The translations under genes were made by a program, and so were the position numbers. Positions 11,829 to 21,651 of a stretch of DNA of 64,000 nt are shown here, piece after piece. The stretch lies in the NCBI GenBank assembly GCA_963843795.1, contig CAWJLW010000006.1:186001-250000 (forward strand). The letters run 5' to 3'. This DNA comes from an uncultured bacterium. Lineage in GTDB: Bacteria; Armatimonadota; Abditibacteriia; Abditibacteriales; Abditibacteriaceae. Positions within the stretch are counted from its first letter, which is position 1; every line of letters starts with the position of its first letter. A model generated the notes under the pieces. That model ran no database searches and was not told where the DNA came from. It was given only the letters and a program-made list of their open reading frames with translations.

Positions 11829-14501
11829 ATGCAACTGCGTCCTCTATTTCTTGTTTTGGCCTTCTCACTTCCTGCACACGCTCAGGAAGCTGGCGTTCCG
11901 GAAGCCAAAGCGCCGTCGGAAAACGCGCCTGCAACCGAGCCAAAAATTGAAGCCGCAGATGTGCCGGACGCGCCCACGCCCCATATCGAAGCGACGGTGC
12001 CAACCACGCGCACTTCGGAAAGTAATCGTCTGGTGCCGGTCGCGCCTGAAACGCAGGCCGGAATTGGCAGCGTCGATAGGCCGCTGCCCTCGGTCAACAG
12101 TTCGACTATTCAGCCCACGCTCGATGGCACCGAAACCAGTTCGCAAACCGCTTTTACGCCCTTTGGCGCGCAAACTTTAACGCCCGTGCCGCCAATTCCC
12201 ACCGTGCCCGCCGATCCCAGCGATATTGGCGGGCAAGAAACGCGTGGCGGCGATTTTAATTTGAAAGCACCCAATGGTGTGATTTACGATGGCGAACGCG
12301 GCATCGCTTTCGCGCAAAAAGATATCGTCTTCACTTATCGCGAATTCACGGTGCGCGGACAACGCGCCGTTATCGACTACAATTCCAATACGGCCATTTT
12401 GTCCGACAATCTCACCGTGACTGCGCGTTTGGGTAGCGTGATGCAAACTTTCACCGGTCAATCGCTGCGCTTTAATCTGGTGACGGGCGAATGGACATTA
12501 AGCCAGATTCGCGCGACTTTCCCGCCCGAATTCTTTCCGCCCGGCGAAGTTTTGGAGCCGCTTTACATTCGCGATGGACAAGTTGTGGGCGAAGGCGAAG
12601 ACGCCAAAGGTGAAAACTTTACCTTCTCGTCGTGCGACCGAGATCATTATTATATTCGCTCGAAAAGCATCACATTCCGGCGCGACGCTCAGGGCAACAC
12701 CGAACGCATTGCGCTCAAGAAAAACGCGATTTATGTATTTGGTAGAAAACTGCTACCAGTTCCTTCGTTCGTCATCAATTTACAGGGCGCGCGCTCGCGC
12801 AACAGTCCGTTGCAGCCAACTTTTGGACAAAACGCTTACGATGGTTTTTTCGCCAAAACGGTTTACGGATTGGCTGAAACCAGTCGCCGCACCGATTCGC
12901 TCCTCATCGACGCGTTGCAAAAGCGCGGCTTAGGTTTGGGATTGCAGCGCGAACTGGCGGGCGGCGCAGGCTTGTTTTATCTTTATGCGCTTTCGGGCAC
13001 GAACAGCAGCGGCGGACGCCAGATCGACGCGCGCATTCAGCGCAATTTGCAAATTGCCAAGAACCTTCGCGGCAGCCTAAATTTCAATTCGACGCAGAAT
13101 AACGCGCTGTCGGGCAGCGGTTTTCGTTCGCAAAACGGCAGTCTCAGTTTCAATTACGCCAAAGCCAGCACGCAAAGTAGTTTGCTCCTTTCCAATAGCA
13201 ATACTGGCTCGCCGCTGTCGAGTTTTTCGCAAAAAAGCGCCAGCTTTTCCTACCGTCAGCAGCTGGATCAGGCGTGGAATGTCAGCTTGAATTCGCGCTA
13301 CAATAACAGCAGTTCGACCGGCTCGACCGGTTTATCAACGTTGGATAACATCGCCAGTTTGAACCGGCGCAGCGCGCTTTTCGATGCCTCGCTGGGCATT
13401 GAAGCTCACAATCAATTAACCGGCGAAAATACTGGCTCGTATCAGTTAGAACGTTTGCCGGAACTGCTTCTCAACTCCGATTCGCGACGTTTGGGCGGCG
13501 GCGCTCTCGACCGATATTTGCCCGGAGAATTCGTTTTATCGCTGGGTCGCTTCAACGAACCTTTTTCCGGCCAGCGCCTTAATCGCACCAGCTTCGCTTA
13601 TAGCGCGAATACGCGCACGTTAAATTTAGTGCAGAAAAGCGCGCTGCGTTCGCAATTGAACGTGGGCGGAAAATTCGGACAATCCCTATATTCCGATAAC
13701 ACGGCGCGCTATGATTACACGGTAAATATGAGCCTGAGCACGGGATTTGGCAAACCGCGGCGTGGCGCGGGCGACAACTTTCAATCGCAGTTGGAAGGTC
13801 TTTTCGACCCGACTTCGATTGGCACTAATTTCTACAACGCGTCAGCGCGCGCCAATGGCGATTCGCCGCTGCAATTGAATGTCGATTATTTCAAGTTGCG
13901 GCCCGTTGGTTATACGCCATTTCAATTCGATTTTCTCTCGCCCAACGAAAATGTACGTTTCAAAGGCGTTTTCCAACCCAGCACCAAAGCGCGGCTGGAA
14001 TTTTCGGGTGGGCGCGATTTGCAACGCGGTTTCAATAACGATTTAATCGCCAGTTTGCGCCTTAAGCCTTCGCCTTCAGTCGGGCTGGATTTTTCGACTT
14101 CCTATTCTCTGGAAAACAGCCAATTGGGCGACCTTGTTGGTAACGCTTACATCACGCGTTCACGGCGCAAATTTTTTGGCGGCGCGTTTTCGCTGGGCGT
14201 TCAATATTCGCCTCAAACCAGCACGCTGGCTGCCGTGCGCACCGGAGCCGATATTCAATTGGGCGCCAAAACGCGTCTACAAGCCTTGGCGGGCTACAAC
14301 GGATATACCAAGCGCTTTGAAACTCAGCAGTTCCGTCTTGTTCGCGACCTGCATTGTTTCAACTTATATGCGACTTATGATGGTTCGCTCAAGCAATTTC
14401 GACTCGATCTGGCGCTCAAAGCCTTTCCCTTCACCGATTCGCGCTTAGGTTACAATCGCTTCGGCGAAAGTTTCGACCCCACAATTCAAGGCGTGCAGTA
14501 A
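11829..14501 (+). CDS. LptD/OstA-like outer-membrane LPS assembly protein
   Basis: Signal peptide, Pro-rich linker, FTFSSCDRDHYYIRSKSI-type motif, beta-strand-rich C-terminus with RDLHCF; adjacent to LptF/G. Confidence 0.65.
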   Translation: MQLRPLFLVLAFSLPAHAQEAGVPEAKAPSENAPATEPKIEAADVPDAPTPHIEATVPTTRTSESNRLVPVAPETQAGIGSVDRPLPSVNSSTIQPTLDGTETSSQTAFTPFGAQTLTPVPPIPTVPADPSDIGGQETRGGDFNLKAPNGVIYDGERGIAFAQKDIVFTYREFTVRGQRAVIDYNSNTAILSDNLTVTARLGSVMQTFTGQSLRFNLVTGEWTLSQIRATFPPEFFPPGEVLEPLYIRDGQVVGEGEDAKGENFTFSSCDRDHYYIRSKSITFRRDAQGNTERIALKKNAIYVFGRKLLPVPSFVINLQGARSRNSPLQPTFGQNAYDGFFAKTVYGLAETSRRTDSLLIDALQKRGLGLGLQRELAGGAGLFYLYALSGTNSSGGRQIDARIQRNLQIAKNLRGSLNFNSTQNNALSGSGFRSQNGSLSFNYAKASTQSSLLLSNSNTGSPLSSFSQKSASFSYRQQLDQAWNVSLNSRYNNSSSTGSTGLSTLDNIASLNRRSALFDASLGIEAHNQLTGENTGSYQLERLPELLLNSDSRRLGGGALDRYLPGEFVLSLGRFNEPFSGQRLNRTSFAYSANTRTLNLVQKSALRSQLNVGGKFGQSLYSDNTARYDYTVNMSLSTGFGKPRRGAGDNFQSQLEGLFDPTSIGTNFYNASARANGDSPLQLNVDYFKLRPVGYTPFQFDFLSPNENVRFKGVFQPSTKARLEFSGGRDLQRGFNNDLIASLRLKPSPSVGLDFSTSYSLENSQLGDLVGNAYITRSRRKFFGGAFSLGVQYSPQTSTLAAVRTGADIQLGAKTRLQALAGYNGYTKRFETQQFRLVRDLHCFNLYATYDGSLKQFRLDLALKAFPFTDSRLGYNRFGESFDPTIQGVQ

Positions 14502-14920
14502 AATGCGTGGCAAGTACTTGCTGCAAGTACTTGCAGGACGATGAAAAACTATTTTCAATAAATTTTTTCTTAGCTGTAGTTATCTTGATACGGTTTGTCT
14601 TCTCACTCAAATTTTCACTGTCAATCGGTTAAATTCTCAGTGCTGCGAGCGGTCGGATGGAGACCATCAGAGATCAGCCATGTAGCCAGCAGCAAAATCA
14701 GCAGCCCAAAGCCTTGCCATGACGGAGTTTGTTGAGTGTGCTCGCGGTAACTCTTTCAAAGCACGCCATTCCGATTGGCGCCGCCTTGCCACAGCGCGGT
14801 CGCTGTCATAAAAATGCGCCAATCGATCGGATAAAGTTCCCGAAATTGCTCGAACAAAAGAAAATCATGGGGAAACTTTTACCGACCGAAAATTTGCCCT
14901 GTGGAAATTTGCCGCAAACG

Positions 14921-16681
14921 TTATTCGACTTCTACGCCGCTGGCGCGCAGCGATTTTTGAATTTTGTCAATCAATGGATAATCGGTCATGAGTTGGTGCG
15001 GCGAGCGCTGATCTTCGAGGCATAGCGCTGCCGCTGCACCCACGGCTTCGCCGCACGTCATTGTGATAGGAATCACGCGCGCGCTGCCTGCTGCTGCGCT
15101 GGTTGCGCCCAAACTGCGCGAGGCGAGGAAAATGCCATCAATGTCGCGTGGTACTAAAGAACGCAGTGGAATAGTATAGAAATAGCGGCGCGGGCCAAAC
15201 GGATTGCGGTCGGCTTTGTGATACGGATGCAAATCGAGCGGGTAGGAAACTAGTGCGATGCGGTCGAAAAAGCGTTTTTGCGTGCGCACATCTTCGGCCT
15301 TCAATTCGTACATCGCGTGAATGTGGCGCGTTTCGCGAATATACAATTCCGGTGCGATGCGGCCCAGCGTTGCGTGCGCGAAACCCGGCATTTTCTGGCG
15401 CAAATGAGCGAGCAGAAACGGAATTTCCGCGATGGCTTCGTTGCGGGCTTTCTGACGGGAAGCCACGTTTAAGCCGTTCACTCCTACGATGTTAATCGTG
15501 TTCAGCACCACGCTGCCGTCGCTTTGGCGACCGAAATTAATCGACAGCACCAAAGTATTTTCCCCGTGCGGTTTATACGGCTTGATAATATCGCCGCGCT
15601 CCCACGCATAATCTCCCATCGCGCCGCCCAAACGCACCCAGACTTTTTGCGTGGCTTTTGGCGCTGGCGTCGCGAGTGGCGATTGCAATGCGCCCAGCCG
15701 AGTTTGCACTTCCAACTTATGTTCGGTGTGGTTGACAATTCTGGATTCCGGCGCGGCTTCAATCACCTTCGGATGTTTTTGGGCTTTGACCAGTGCCAAA
15801 TCGGTGTCGCTGAGGTTAAATTTCGCGGCATCAGCCAAACGGCGTCCGCTCACATAAGCGCGCACCTGCTTCCAATTCACACCTTTGACCGAAAATAGCA
15901 AGCCTGCCGACTGCATGGCGCAGTCGCGGTTGATTTCTTCGCGTCCCAGATAAAATCCGGCACCGGCTCGCGCGGCAATATCGGCGTCGTTGGTTGCATC
16001 AATAACGCTCGAACATTCGATATTTTGCCACTGCGGCGGCGCATCTTTGCGGGGACGTTGCGAAATTTGCAGGCCGATGACGCGCTTTTGCGTTTGGTAA
16101 ATTTGCGTCACCTGCGCGCCGGTGAAAAAGCGGATGTTGGGCTGCTCGCGCAAGGCATTTTCAAACAAGCGTCGCGCTTTGTCGATGTCGCAGGCGAAGC
16201 CCAACTGCTCGAAAAATTCGCTGAAAATTCCGTGCGTGGGCGAGGCTTCGCCCGGACGCGCCACCACATCAAACATATTCAGCATCGCGTAAACGATGTC
16301 ACCGCCCGCTTTTTCGCGCGGTTCCACCACCACTACTTGCGCCCCGCGTCGACTCGCTGCCAAGGCCGCCGCCACGCCCGATGGCGTCGCGCCCACCACA
16401 ATCACATCACAACGCGCAATCGTGTTCAAAGGTCTCGCACTCCACGCCACGCTCGGCGCAAACGGCCGAGCCACAAACTGTACCGGTTGCGCGGCCAGCG
16501 ATTTCGTATCGTGCGAAAGCGAACGCTTGCGCAGCGACATCACCCCCAGAACCAGCACAACCGCGACCAACACATACCAGAACAGCACGCGCCGGCCCAC
16601 ATCCCGACGACGATGAGAGCGCTGCTGCGAATCCGAAAACGGTGGCTCAGAAGAGAAATCGGAGGGAGAATTAGATAGCAT
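14921..16681 (-). CDS. Membrane-anchored FAD-dependent oxidoreductase (FAD_oxidored-like)
   Basis: DVIVVGATPSGVAAALAA, VIDATNDAD, LYIRETRHI and YTIPLRSLVP motifs; N-terminal TM helix. Confidence 0.85.
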   Translation of the reverse strand: MLSNSPSDFSSEPPFSDSQQRSHRRRDVGRRVLFWYVLVAVVLVLGVMSLRKRSLSHDTKSLAAQPVQFVARPFAPSVAWSARPLNTIARCDVIVVGATPSGVAAALAASRRGAQVVVVEPREKAGGDIVYAMLNMFDVVARPGEASPTHGIFSEFFEQLGFACDIDKARRLFENALREQPNIRFFTGAQVTQIYQTQKRVIGLQISQRPRKDAPPQWQNIECSSVIDATNDADIAARAGAGFYLGREEINRDCAMQSAGLLFSVKGVNWKQVRAYVSGRRLADAAKFNLSDTDLALVKAQKHPKVIEAAPESRIVNHTEHKLEVQTRLGALQSPLATPAPKATQKVWVRLGGAMGDYAWERGDIIKPYKPHGENTLVLSINFGRQSDGSVVLNTINIVGVNGLNVASRQKARNEAIAEIPFLLAHLRQKMPGFAHATLGRIAPELYIRETRHIHAMYELKAEDVRTQKRFFDRIALVSYPLDLHPYHKADRNPFGPRRYFYTIPLRSLVPRDIDGIFLASRSLGATSAAAGSARVIPITMTCGEAVGAAAALCLEDQRSPHQLMTDYPLIDKIQKSLRASGVEVE

Positions 16682-16824
16682 TAAATTACAAAGATAATAG
16701 AATTTGCGTCAGTGTGCCAAGCGATTTTGGACAATAAAGGAAAGAGTTTTGCAACGCTGCTGGGGCTTGGTAGTTTCCTGTAAGTACGTGCGGGATGATT
16801 GTGAGGCATTTAAGGGAGAGCGCG

Positions 16825-17163
16825 ATGTTTGAAATGGATCATGTTGCGGTGCAGAGCGCGGATATCGCGCGCGATGTCGAGTTTTATGTGGCGCAGTTCG
16901 GTGCAGAAATTTTGTATCAAGACGCTACTTGGGCGTTTTTACGCGTCGGGCAAGGCAAATTGGCTTTGGTGACGCCCGCGCAACATCCGCCGCACGTCGC
17001 GTTGCGCGTCGATGAAGCCAGTTTGCAGCACGCCGCGCAAAATGCGGGCAAGAAAATCGACCGTCACCGCGATGGCACGGCGGGCATCTATGTGGATGAT
17101 CCCAACGGAAATGTGATCGAATTGATCTGTTATCCGCCGGGCGAGACGGTTTATGAAGAATGA
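16825..17163 (+). CDS. VOC/glyoxalase family protein
   Basis: MDHVAV..FY..HVAL..YVDDPNGNVIELI; RBS GGGAG. Confidence 0.85.
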   Translation: MFEMDHVAVQSADIARDVEFYVAQFGAEILYQDATWAFLRVGQGKLALVTPAQHPPHVALRVDEASLQHAAQNAGKKIDRHRDGTAGIYVDDPNGNVIELICYPPGETVYEE

Positions 17164-17207
17164 TTGAGCGTGCCAATTACCAAAGATAATACAGAAGCGA
17201 GAAAAAG

Positions 17208-17231
17208 TGCGCTGCAAGTACTTGCAGCGCA
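17208..17231. terminator. 24-bp perfect palindrome centred on the 12-mer, between convergent genes
   Basis: TGCGCT-GCAAGTACTTGC-AGCGCA with an A-rich left flank. Confidence 0.6.
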
Positions 17232-17284
17232 TTGGGAATTTTTCAAAGCTTCTATGAATTTCGAGATGAGGAGCTGAGACGACT

Positions 17285-18418
17285 TCAGGCAGATTCGGCC
17301 AGTTCATCCAGAAAATCGGCGAGTTGCAAGCGGCTGGGACTGGCGGCGTTACGCACGTAAAAGCCGCTGGTCGCGACGCCGATTTGCAGCGCGCTTTCCA
17401 AATCGCCACCGATTAACAAACCGGTGCAGAAACCGGCATTGAAATGGTCGCCCGCGCCGGTCGAGATTTTTGGTTTGGGCGTATACGGGCCATCGACTGC
17501 CGCCAATTTTTCGCCATCGCCCGCTGCGGCAAACGCCGTGGGATGCACGACACAGGCGCGAATCCCCAGTTCGTTCTGAATCGTGCGCGCCGTGTTTTTC
17601 ATGATTTCTTTGGCGTCCGAACCTTCAATCGTTAGTGCAAGTACTTGCGCGACCTGGCCGCCTTCTTTTTCGTTCAATCCCAGCACCACATCGTGCGATT
17701 TGGAGAATTTCGCCAGCGTGCGCAGCGCTTTGCGCAAATCTTCGTGCGGACGTTTTTCGGGGTCGGCCAAATCGAAAAACAACAGTTTGCGCGCGCTATT
17801 TTGCGGCGGCTCGTCGTCATCGAATTCCTGCAAGGTTTCCCACAGCGCGGTGAGATGCGGTAACATCGTCCAGTTGACCATGCCGATGAACTGCGCGCCG
17901 TTCCACGCCGCGCGCCATTTGTCTTCGCCGACGCGCTCGACGAGCGTTTGATAAGAAACTTCCGCAACGGTCGCGTGCTTGCCGACGATCAATTTGCCGT
18001 CATCGAATTCGTAAGCGTCTGTCAGCGCAGGCTCGCACAGTGGTAGCAAATGCGCCTGACGCCCGAAATCGCGAAAAACCGGATGGGTTTCGGGATAGCC
18101 GGTCATGCCGCAATACGTCACTTCGATGCCCAGCGTGGCGAGCGCGTTGGCCATAATCGGCCCGTTTCCGCCCAGTTTCACGTTCTGAGAAACGATTTCA
18201 AAGTTGCTGCTTTTGCCCGCCGCCAAACCGATGCGCCGCGCATATTCGGTGATCGTTTCGACGCGCGAATACTCTTCCGCAGATGTGCGCTGATCGACGA
18301 CGTGCAAAATGGTGTCAATAAAACCATCGAAGCCCAGCAGGGCCGAAGTGTTGTGCAATTGTTCGCCGCGTGCGCGCAAAAGTTGTGCGGCGCGCGCGGG
18401 CAATGAAGAATTTTCCAT
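17285..18418 (-). CDS. PfkB/ribokinase-family carbohydrate kinase
   Basis: LGGNG at the N-terminus and STGAGDHFNAGF signature. Confidence 0.85.
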   Translation of the reverse strand: MENSSLPARAAQLLRARGEQLHNTSALLGFDGFIDTILHVVDQRTSAEEYSRVETITEYARRIGLAAGKSSNFEIVSQNVKLGGNGPIMANALATLGIEVTYCGMTGYPETHPVFRDFGRQAHLLPLCEPALTDAYEFDDGKLIVGKHATVAEVSYQTLVERVGEDKWRAAWNGAQFIGMVNWTMLPHLTALWETLQEFDDDEPPQNSARKLLFFDLADPEKRPHEDLRKALRTLAKFSKSHDVVLGLNEKEGGQVAQVLALTIEGSDAKEIMKNTARTIQNELGIRACVVHPTAFAAAGDGEKLAAVDGPYTPKPKISTGAGDHFNAGFCTGLLIGGDLESALQIGVATSGFYVRNAASPSRLQLADFLDELAESA

Positions 18419-18466
18419 ATATCGCAATTTAACTAATTTACGGAAACATGGCCGAAATAATTTCCC

Positions 18467-18502
18467 AAAAAGCGCGTTGCAAGTACTTGCAACGCGCTTT
18501 TT
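18467..18502. terminator. 36-bp perfect palindrome (bidirectional terminator-like) centred on the 12-mer
   Basis: AAAAAGCGCGTT-GCAAGTACTTGC-AACGCGCTTTTT, overlapping the stop codon of the XRE gene. Confidence 0.8.
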
Positions 18503-18809
18503 ACAAGATAATTTCGAGACCTTTTTTCTGCAGCAATTTGAGCGAAGGTCCAGCGGGCGATTTTTTGCCGCGTCCCCACTGCGATACCAAACCTGGCGAA
18601 ACATTGAGATGCAGCGCGAAAACGCTCTGGCTCACGCCCGCTTCTTGACGAATGCTTTTGATTTGTTCGAGCGTCAGTTTTTCGACCGGCGTCAAGCACG
18701 TCTCATCGAATTCGCGTAGCGTTTGAGTATCCATTACACCAGCGCGGTGTAAGTCACTCGCGGTCTGGTGAATCGCCGCCATCATATCGCTTTTGGGTTT
18801 CGTTTTCAT
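18501..18809 (-). CDS. XRE-family HTH protein (HigA-like antitoxin), no toxin gene beside it
   Basis: AIHQTASDLHRAG..TLREFD..IRQEAGVSQSVFALHLNVSPGLVSQW. Confidence 0.8.
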   Translation of the reverse strand: MKTKPKSDMMAAIHQTASDLHRAGVMDTQTLREFDETCLTPVEKLTLEQIKSIRQEAGVSQSVFALHLNVSPGLVSQWGRGKKSPAGPSLKLLQKKGLEIIL

Positions 18810-18817
18810 GGCATTTT

Positions 18818-18917
18818 GTAGGGTGCGGGTCTCCGACCCGCCCAAGTTAAATGTCAGTAAGTGCATCGAAAGAACTTTCGTGATTTGGAAAAGAGCGGGT
18901 CGGAGACCCGACCCTAC
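18818..18917. repeat. Inverted pair of GTAG-type REP sequences (REPIN-like)
   Basis: GTAGGGTGCGGGTCTCCGACCCGCCC (18818-18843) and its near reverse complement GAGCGGGTCGGAGACCCGACCCTAC (18893-18917). Confidence 0.8.
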
Positions 18918-18927
18918 ATCCAAATTT

Positions 18928-20226
18928 TCAGCTCGCCAGCGCCATTTTCGCCGCGGCGCGACCGGCGACGGTTCCGCTGCTCCACGCCCACTGGAAGTTG
19001 TAGCCGCCGAGCCAGCCATCGACATCGCAAATTTCGCCCGCCAAAAATAAGCTTGGTTTGAGTTTCGATTCCATCGTGGCGGGTTCGATTTCGCTCAGGG
19101 AAATGCCGCCAGCGGTGGCTTCGGCGCGCGTATAATTGTCGATTTCGTGAACGGGAATCGGGCATGAAAACAATTGTTCGCGCGCCTGTTTTTGCGTCGG
19201 TGCGTCGAAACGGCCCAGAGGAATTTCGGGGAAAGGTTGGGCGAAAGTTTGCGCGACGCGGTTGGGGAAATGCGCTTGCAAAGCGGCAGCGAACGTTTTT
19301 TTGGCTCCCGTGCGCACGAATTCCTGCCACCAGCGGCCTTCGTCTTGCGGCTCGATTTCGGGCAGCCAGCGCACTTTTACTTGCGCTTTGGGATGTTCCC
19401 AGCGGCGGCGCGCGACGTGGCGGCTGATGTCCAATGCGACCGGGCCGGAATAGCCCAGATGCGTGAACAAAAACGAGCCGTCGCGAGTTTCCAGCGTTTG
19501 GTTTTCGTGATGCAGATTCAGTTGCACCGGCAGCGCGATGCCAGACAAATGCGCGTGCGGCAACGGTTGCGCCAAAAGCGGCGTGAGTGCGGGCGTAGTG
19601 CGAATGAGAGTGTGTCCCCATTGCAGCGCGAAATTGTAGCCGCTGCCATCGCTGCCAGTCTTGGGAAGCGCTTTGCCGCCGCTGCACAAAATCAATGCCT
19701 TCGCAGAATACGTGCAAGTACTTGCTGCGCCGTTTGAGACTTCGGTTGTGACTTGCCAATGATCGTCATTGTAAGCGATTTTCTGCACGCGCGAGCTGGT
19801 TTTTAGTTCGGCTCCGCTGGTTTCCAGTTCTTGCAACAAGGCGTTCAAAACGGTGCGTGAGGAATCGGAAACCGGAAAATATTTGCCGGTCGGTTCCAGT
19901 TTCAAGGGCACGTCGATAGCTTCGAAAAACGCGTGCGTGGCGCGCGCGTTGAAAGCACGCAGCACGCGACCGACGAACGAGCCGCGGCCATCGCCGCGTT
20001 TGGCGGCGTCGGGATTCGGGTCGCTTTCGGTGTGAAAGCGGCTGGGATGGATGAATTCGTTGGTGACGTTGCAGCGATTGCCGCCCGAAACCAGAATCTT
20101 GGCTCCGACTTTTTTGGCGCCGTCTAAAACTAAAACGCGCGCGCCGCGTCCGGCAGCGGCGATGCCCGCCATCAAACCGGCGGCACCGGCACCTACAATT
20201 AAAACGTCGTATTCTTTTGTGAGCAT
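18928..20226 (-). CDS. HI0933/BaiN/YhiN family NAD(P)/FAD-dependent oxidoreductase
   Basis: GAGAAG, KILVSGGNRCNVTN, LFTHLGYSGP, ATAGG and GEICDVDGWLGGYNFQWAWSSG. Confidence 0.93.
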   Translation of the reverse strand: MLTKEYDVLIVGAGAAGLMAGIAAAGRGARVLVLDGAKKVGAKILVSGGNRCNVTNEFIHPSRFHTESDPNPDAAKRGDGRGSFVGRVLRAFNARATHAFFEAIDVPLKLEPTGKYFPVSDSSRTVLNALLQELETSGAELKTSSRVQKIAYNDDHWQVTTEVSNGAASTCTYSAKALILCSGGKALPKTGSDGSGYNFALQWGHTLIRTTPALTPLLAQPLPHAHLSGIALPVQLNLHHENQTLETRDGSFLFTHLGYSGPVALDISRHVARRRWEHPKAQVKVRWLPEIEPQDEGRWWQEFVRTGAKKTFAAALQAHFPNRVAQTFAQPFPEIPLGRFDAPTQKQAREQLFSCPIPVHEIDNYTRAEATAGGISLSEIEPATMESKLKPSLFLAGEICDVDGWLGGYNFQWAWSSGTVAGRAAAKMALAS

Positions 20227-20355
20227 TTTGGAAGTTTGAAAGGGAAACTGTCAGTCGTGACCAAACAAGTATCCTGCAAGTACTTGCAGGATAGAGGAGA
20301 GCGCTTTCTAAGCAGTTTCCGACTTCCCTATCCTGCATTCCACCTTCTCTAAATT

Positions 20356-21630
20356 ATGACAACTTATTTTCTCGGAGTTTTGGGCACGCTGATGGTTGCC
20401 CTGGTTTTATACGATGTGTTTCAGGGTGTGGTGGTACCACGCTGGACGGGCAGCTTTTTCCGCATGGCACCGTTTGTGATTCGCATTTTATGGCCACTGT
20501 GGAAATGGTTGGCGCGGCGCATGAAACCCGCCAAACGCGACGATTTTCTGGCATCTTATGCACCGCTGATGCTAGTCGTTTTGTTGGTAATGTGGGTGCT
20601 GATGCTCATCGTGGGCTACGGCATGATTTTATACGCGTTTCGTAACCAGATCAGCTACGATTTTTCGTTTGGCGAAGCGTGTTACTTGGCCGGAGTCGCG
20701 CTGTTCACCATTGGTTTCGGCGATATTGTGGCTTTTGGCGCTCAAGGTCGCATCGTGCTTTTGCTGGCAGGAGCCTCGGGTTTGGCGGTTACTGCCCTGG
20801 TAATTTCCCTGACTTTTACACTGTATGGCGCGTTTTCCAAACGTGAGGCGCTCATTCTCACACTCGAAGCGCGCGCCGGTTCGCCGCCTTCAGGCGTTTC
20901 ACTTTTGGAAACTCACGCGCAGTTCGATTTATTAGACGATTTACCGCGTTTATTCGACCGCTGGGAAATGTGGGCCGCGCAAATGCTCGATTCGCATCTC
21001 GCCTATCCTTTATTGCCTTATTTTCGTTCTTCACATCAGGGCGCATCGTGGGTCGGCGCTTTGGGCGCAGTTTTGGATGCCGCAACTTTACTGATGACAA
21101 CAGTATGTTCGGGCGATAAATGCGGGCAGCGCCCCATTGGCGCGGCGCATCTGTTTTATCACATGGGCTGTCATACAGTCGATGATCTCAGTGTGAACTT
21201 TTTCGCTCAGCACACGCAATTCGATCAAGAAAACAATGCGATGCCCGATTCTGGCATTGATAAAGGCGAATTTCTCGCCGCGCGCATGCGCCTGTCCAAT
21301 GCTGGTTTCCAACTGCGCGACGCTAACGAATCGTGGGAAGCTTTTTCACGCCATCGCGCGGTTTACGCGTTGCATCTCAACCATTTAGCGCGCCATTTCG
21401 CCGCACCGCCCGCGCAGTGGATCGGCGACCGCTCGACGGTGGTTTACGCTTCGCATCACGACGAACATCCCAAAATGCTCGAAATGGAAGAACTGCACCA
21501 GAACAATCCCAACCGCGAAAGTCCCTACGATCACAACGCTAACGGTGATGATCCATCCGACGCTGTATTTCCCGGTGATGAACTTCCTAAAAATACCAGC
21601 GAAGAAGAACCTGCCGCAGTAGCCGGTTGA
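20356..21630 (+). CDS. Potassium channel family protein (2TM pore plus cytoplasmic domain)
   Basis: Pore motif FTIGFGD between TM helices; C-terminal YPLLPYFRS. Confidence 0.8.
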   Translation: MTTYFLGVLGTLMVALVLYDVFQGVVVPRWTGSFFRMAPFVIRILWPLWKWLARRMKPAKRDDFLASYAPLMLVVLLVMWVLMLIVGYGMILYAFRNQISYDFSFGEACYLAGVALFTIGFGDIVAFGAQGRIVLLLAGASGLAVTALVISLTFTLYGAFSKREALILTLEARAGSPPSGVSLLETHAQFDLLDDLPRLFDRWEMWAAQMLDSHLAYPLLPYFRSSHQGASWVGALGAVLDAATLLMTTVCSGDKCGQRPIGAAHLFYHMGCHTVDDLSVNFFAQHTQFDQENNAMPDSGIDKGEFLAARMRLSNAGFQLRDANESWEAFSRHRAVYALHLNHLARHFAAPPAQWIGDRSTVVYASHHDEHPKMLEMEELHQNNPNRESPYDHNANGDDPSDAVFPGDELPKNTSEEEPAAVAG

Positions 21631-21651
21631 AAGCTTCTACGAAATCTCAGT

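Noticed and set aside
14636..14730. ZTP (pfl) riboswitch resemblance
   Set aside because: The conserved 3' GCCTGGGC element is missing and no co-oriented gene lies downstream.
18419..18604. N-terminal ORF extensions that run through palindromes (also 6831-6944, 11559-11828, 27073-27129, 36895-37179, 52258-52302)
   Set aside because: Downstream starts fit RBS, signal peptide or domain boundaries better, so these copies were counted as intergenic.
20701..20730. TIGFGD filter as a novel channel selectivity
   Set aside because: GFG filters are established variants among potassium channels.
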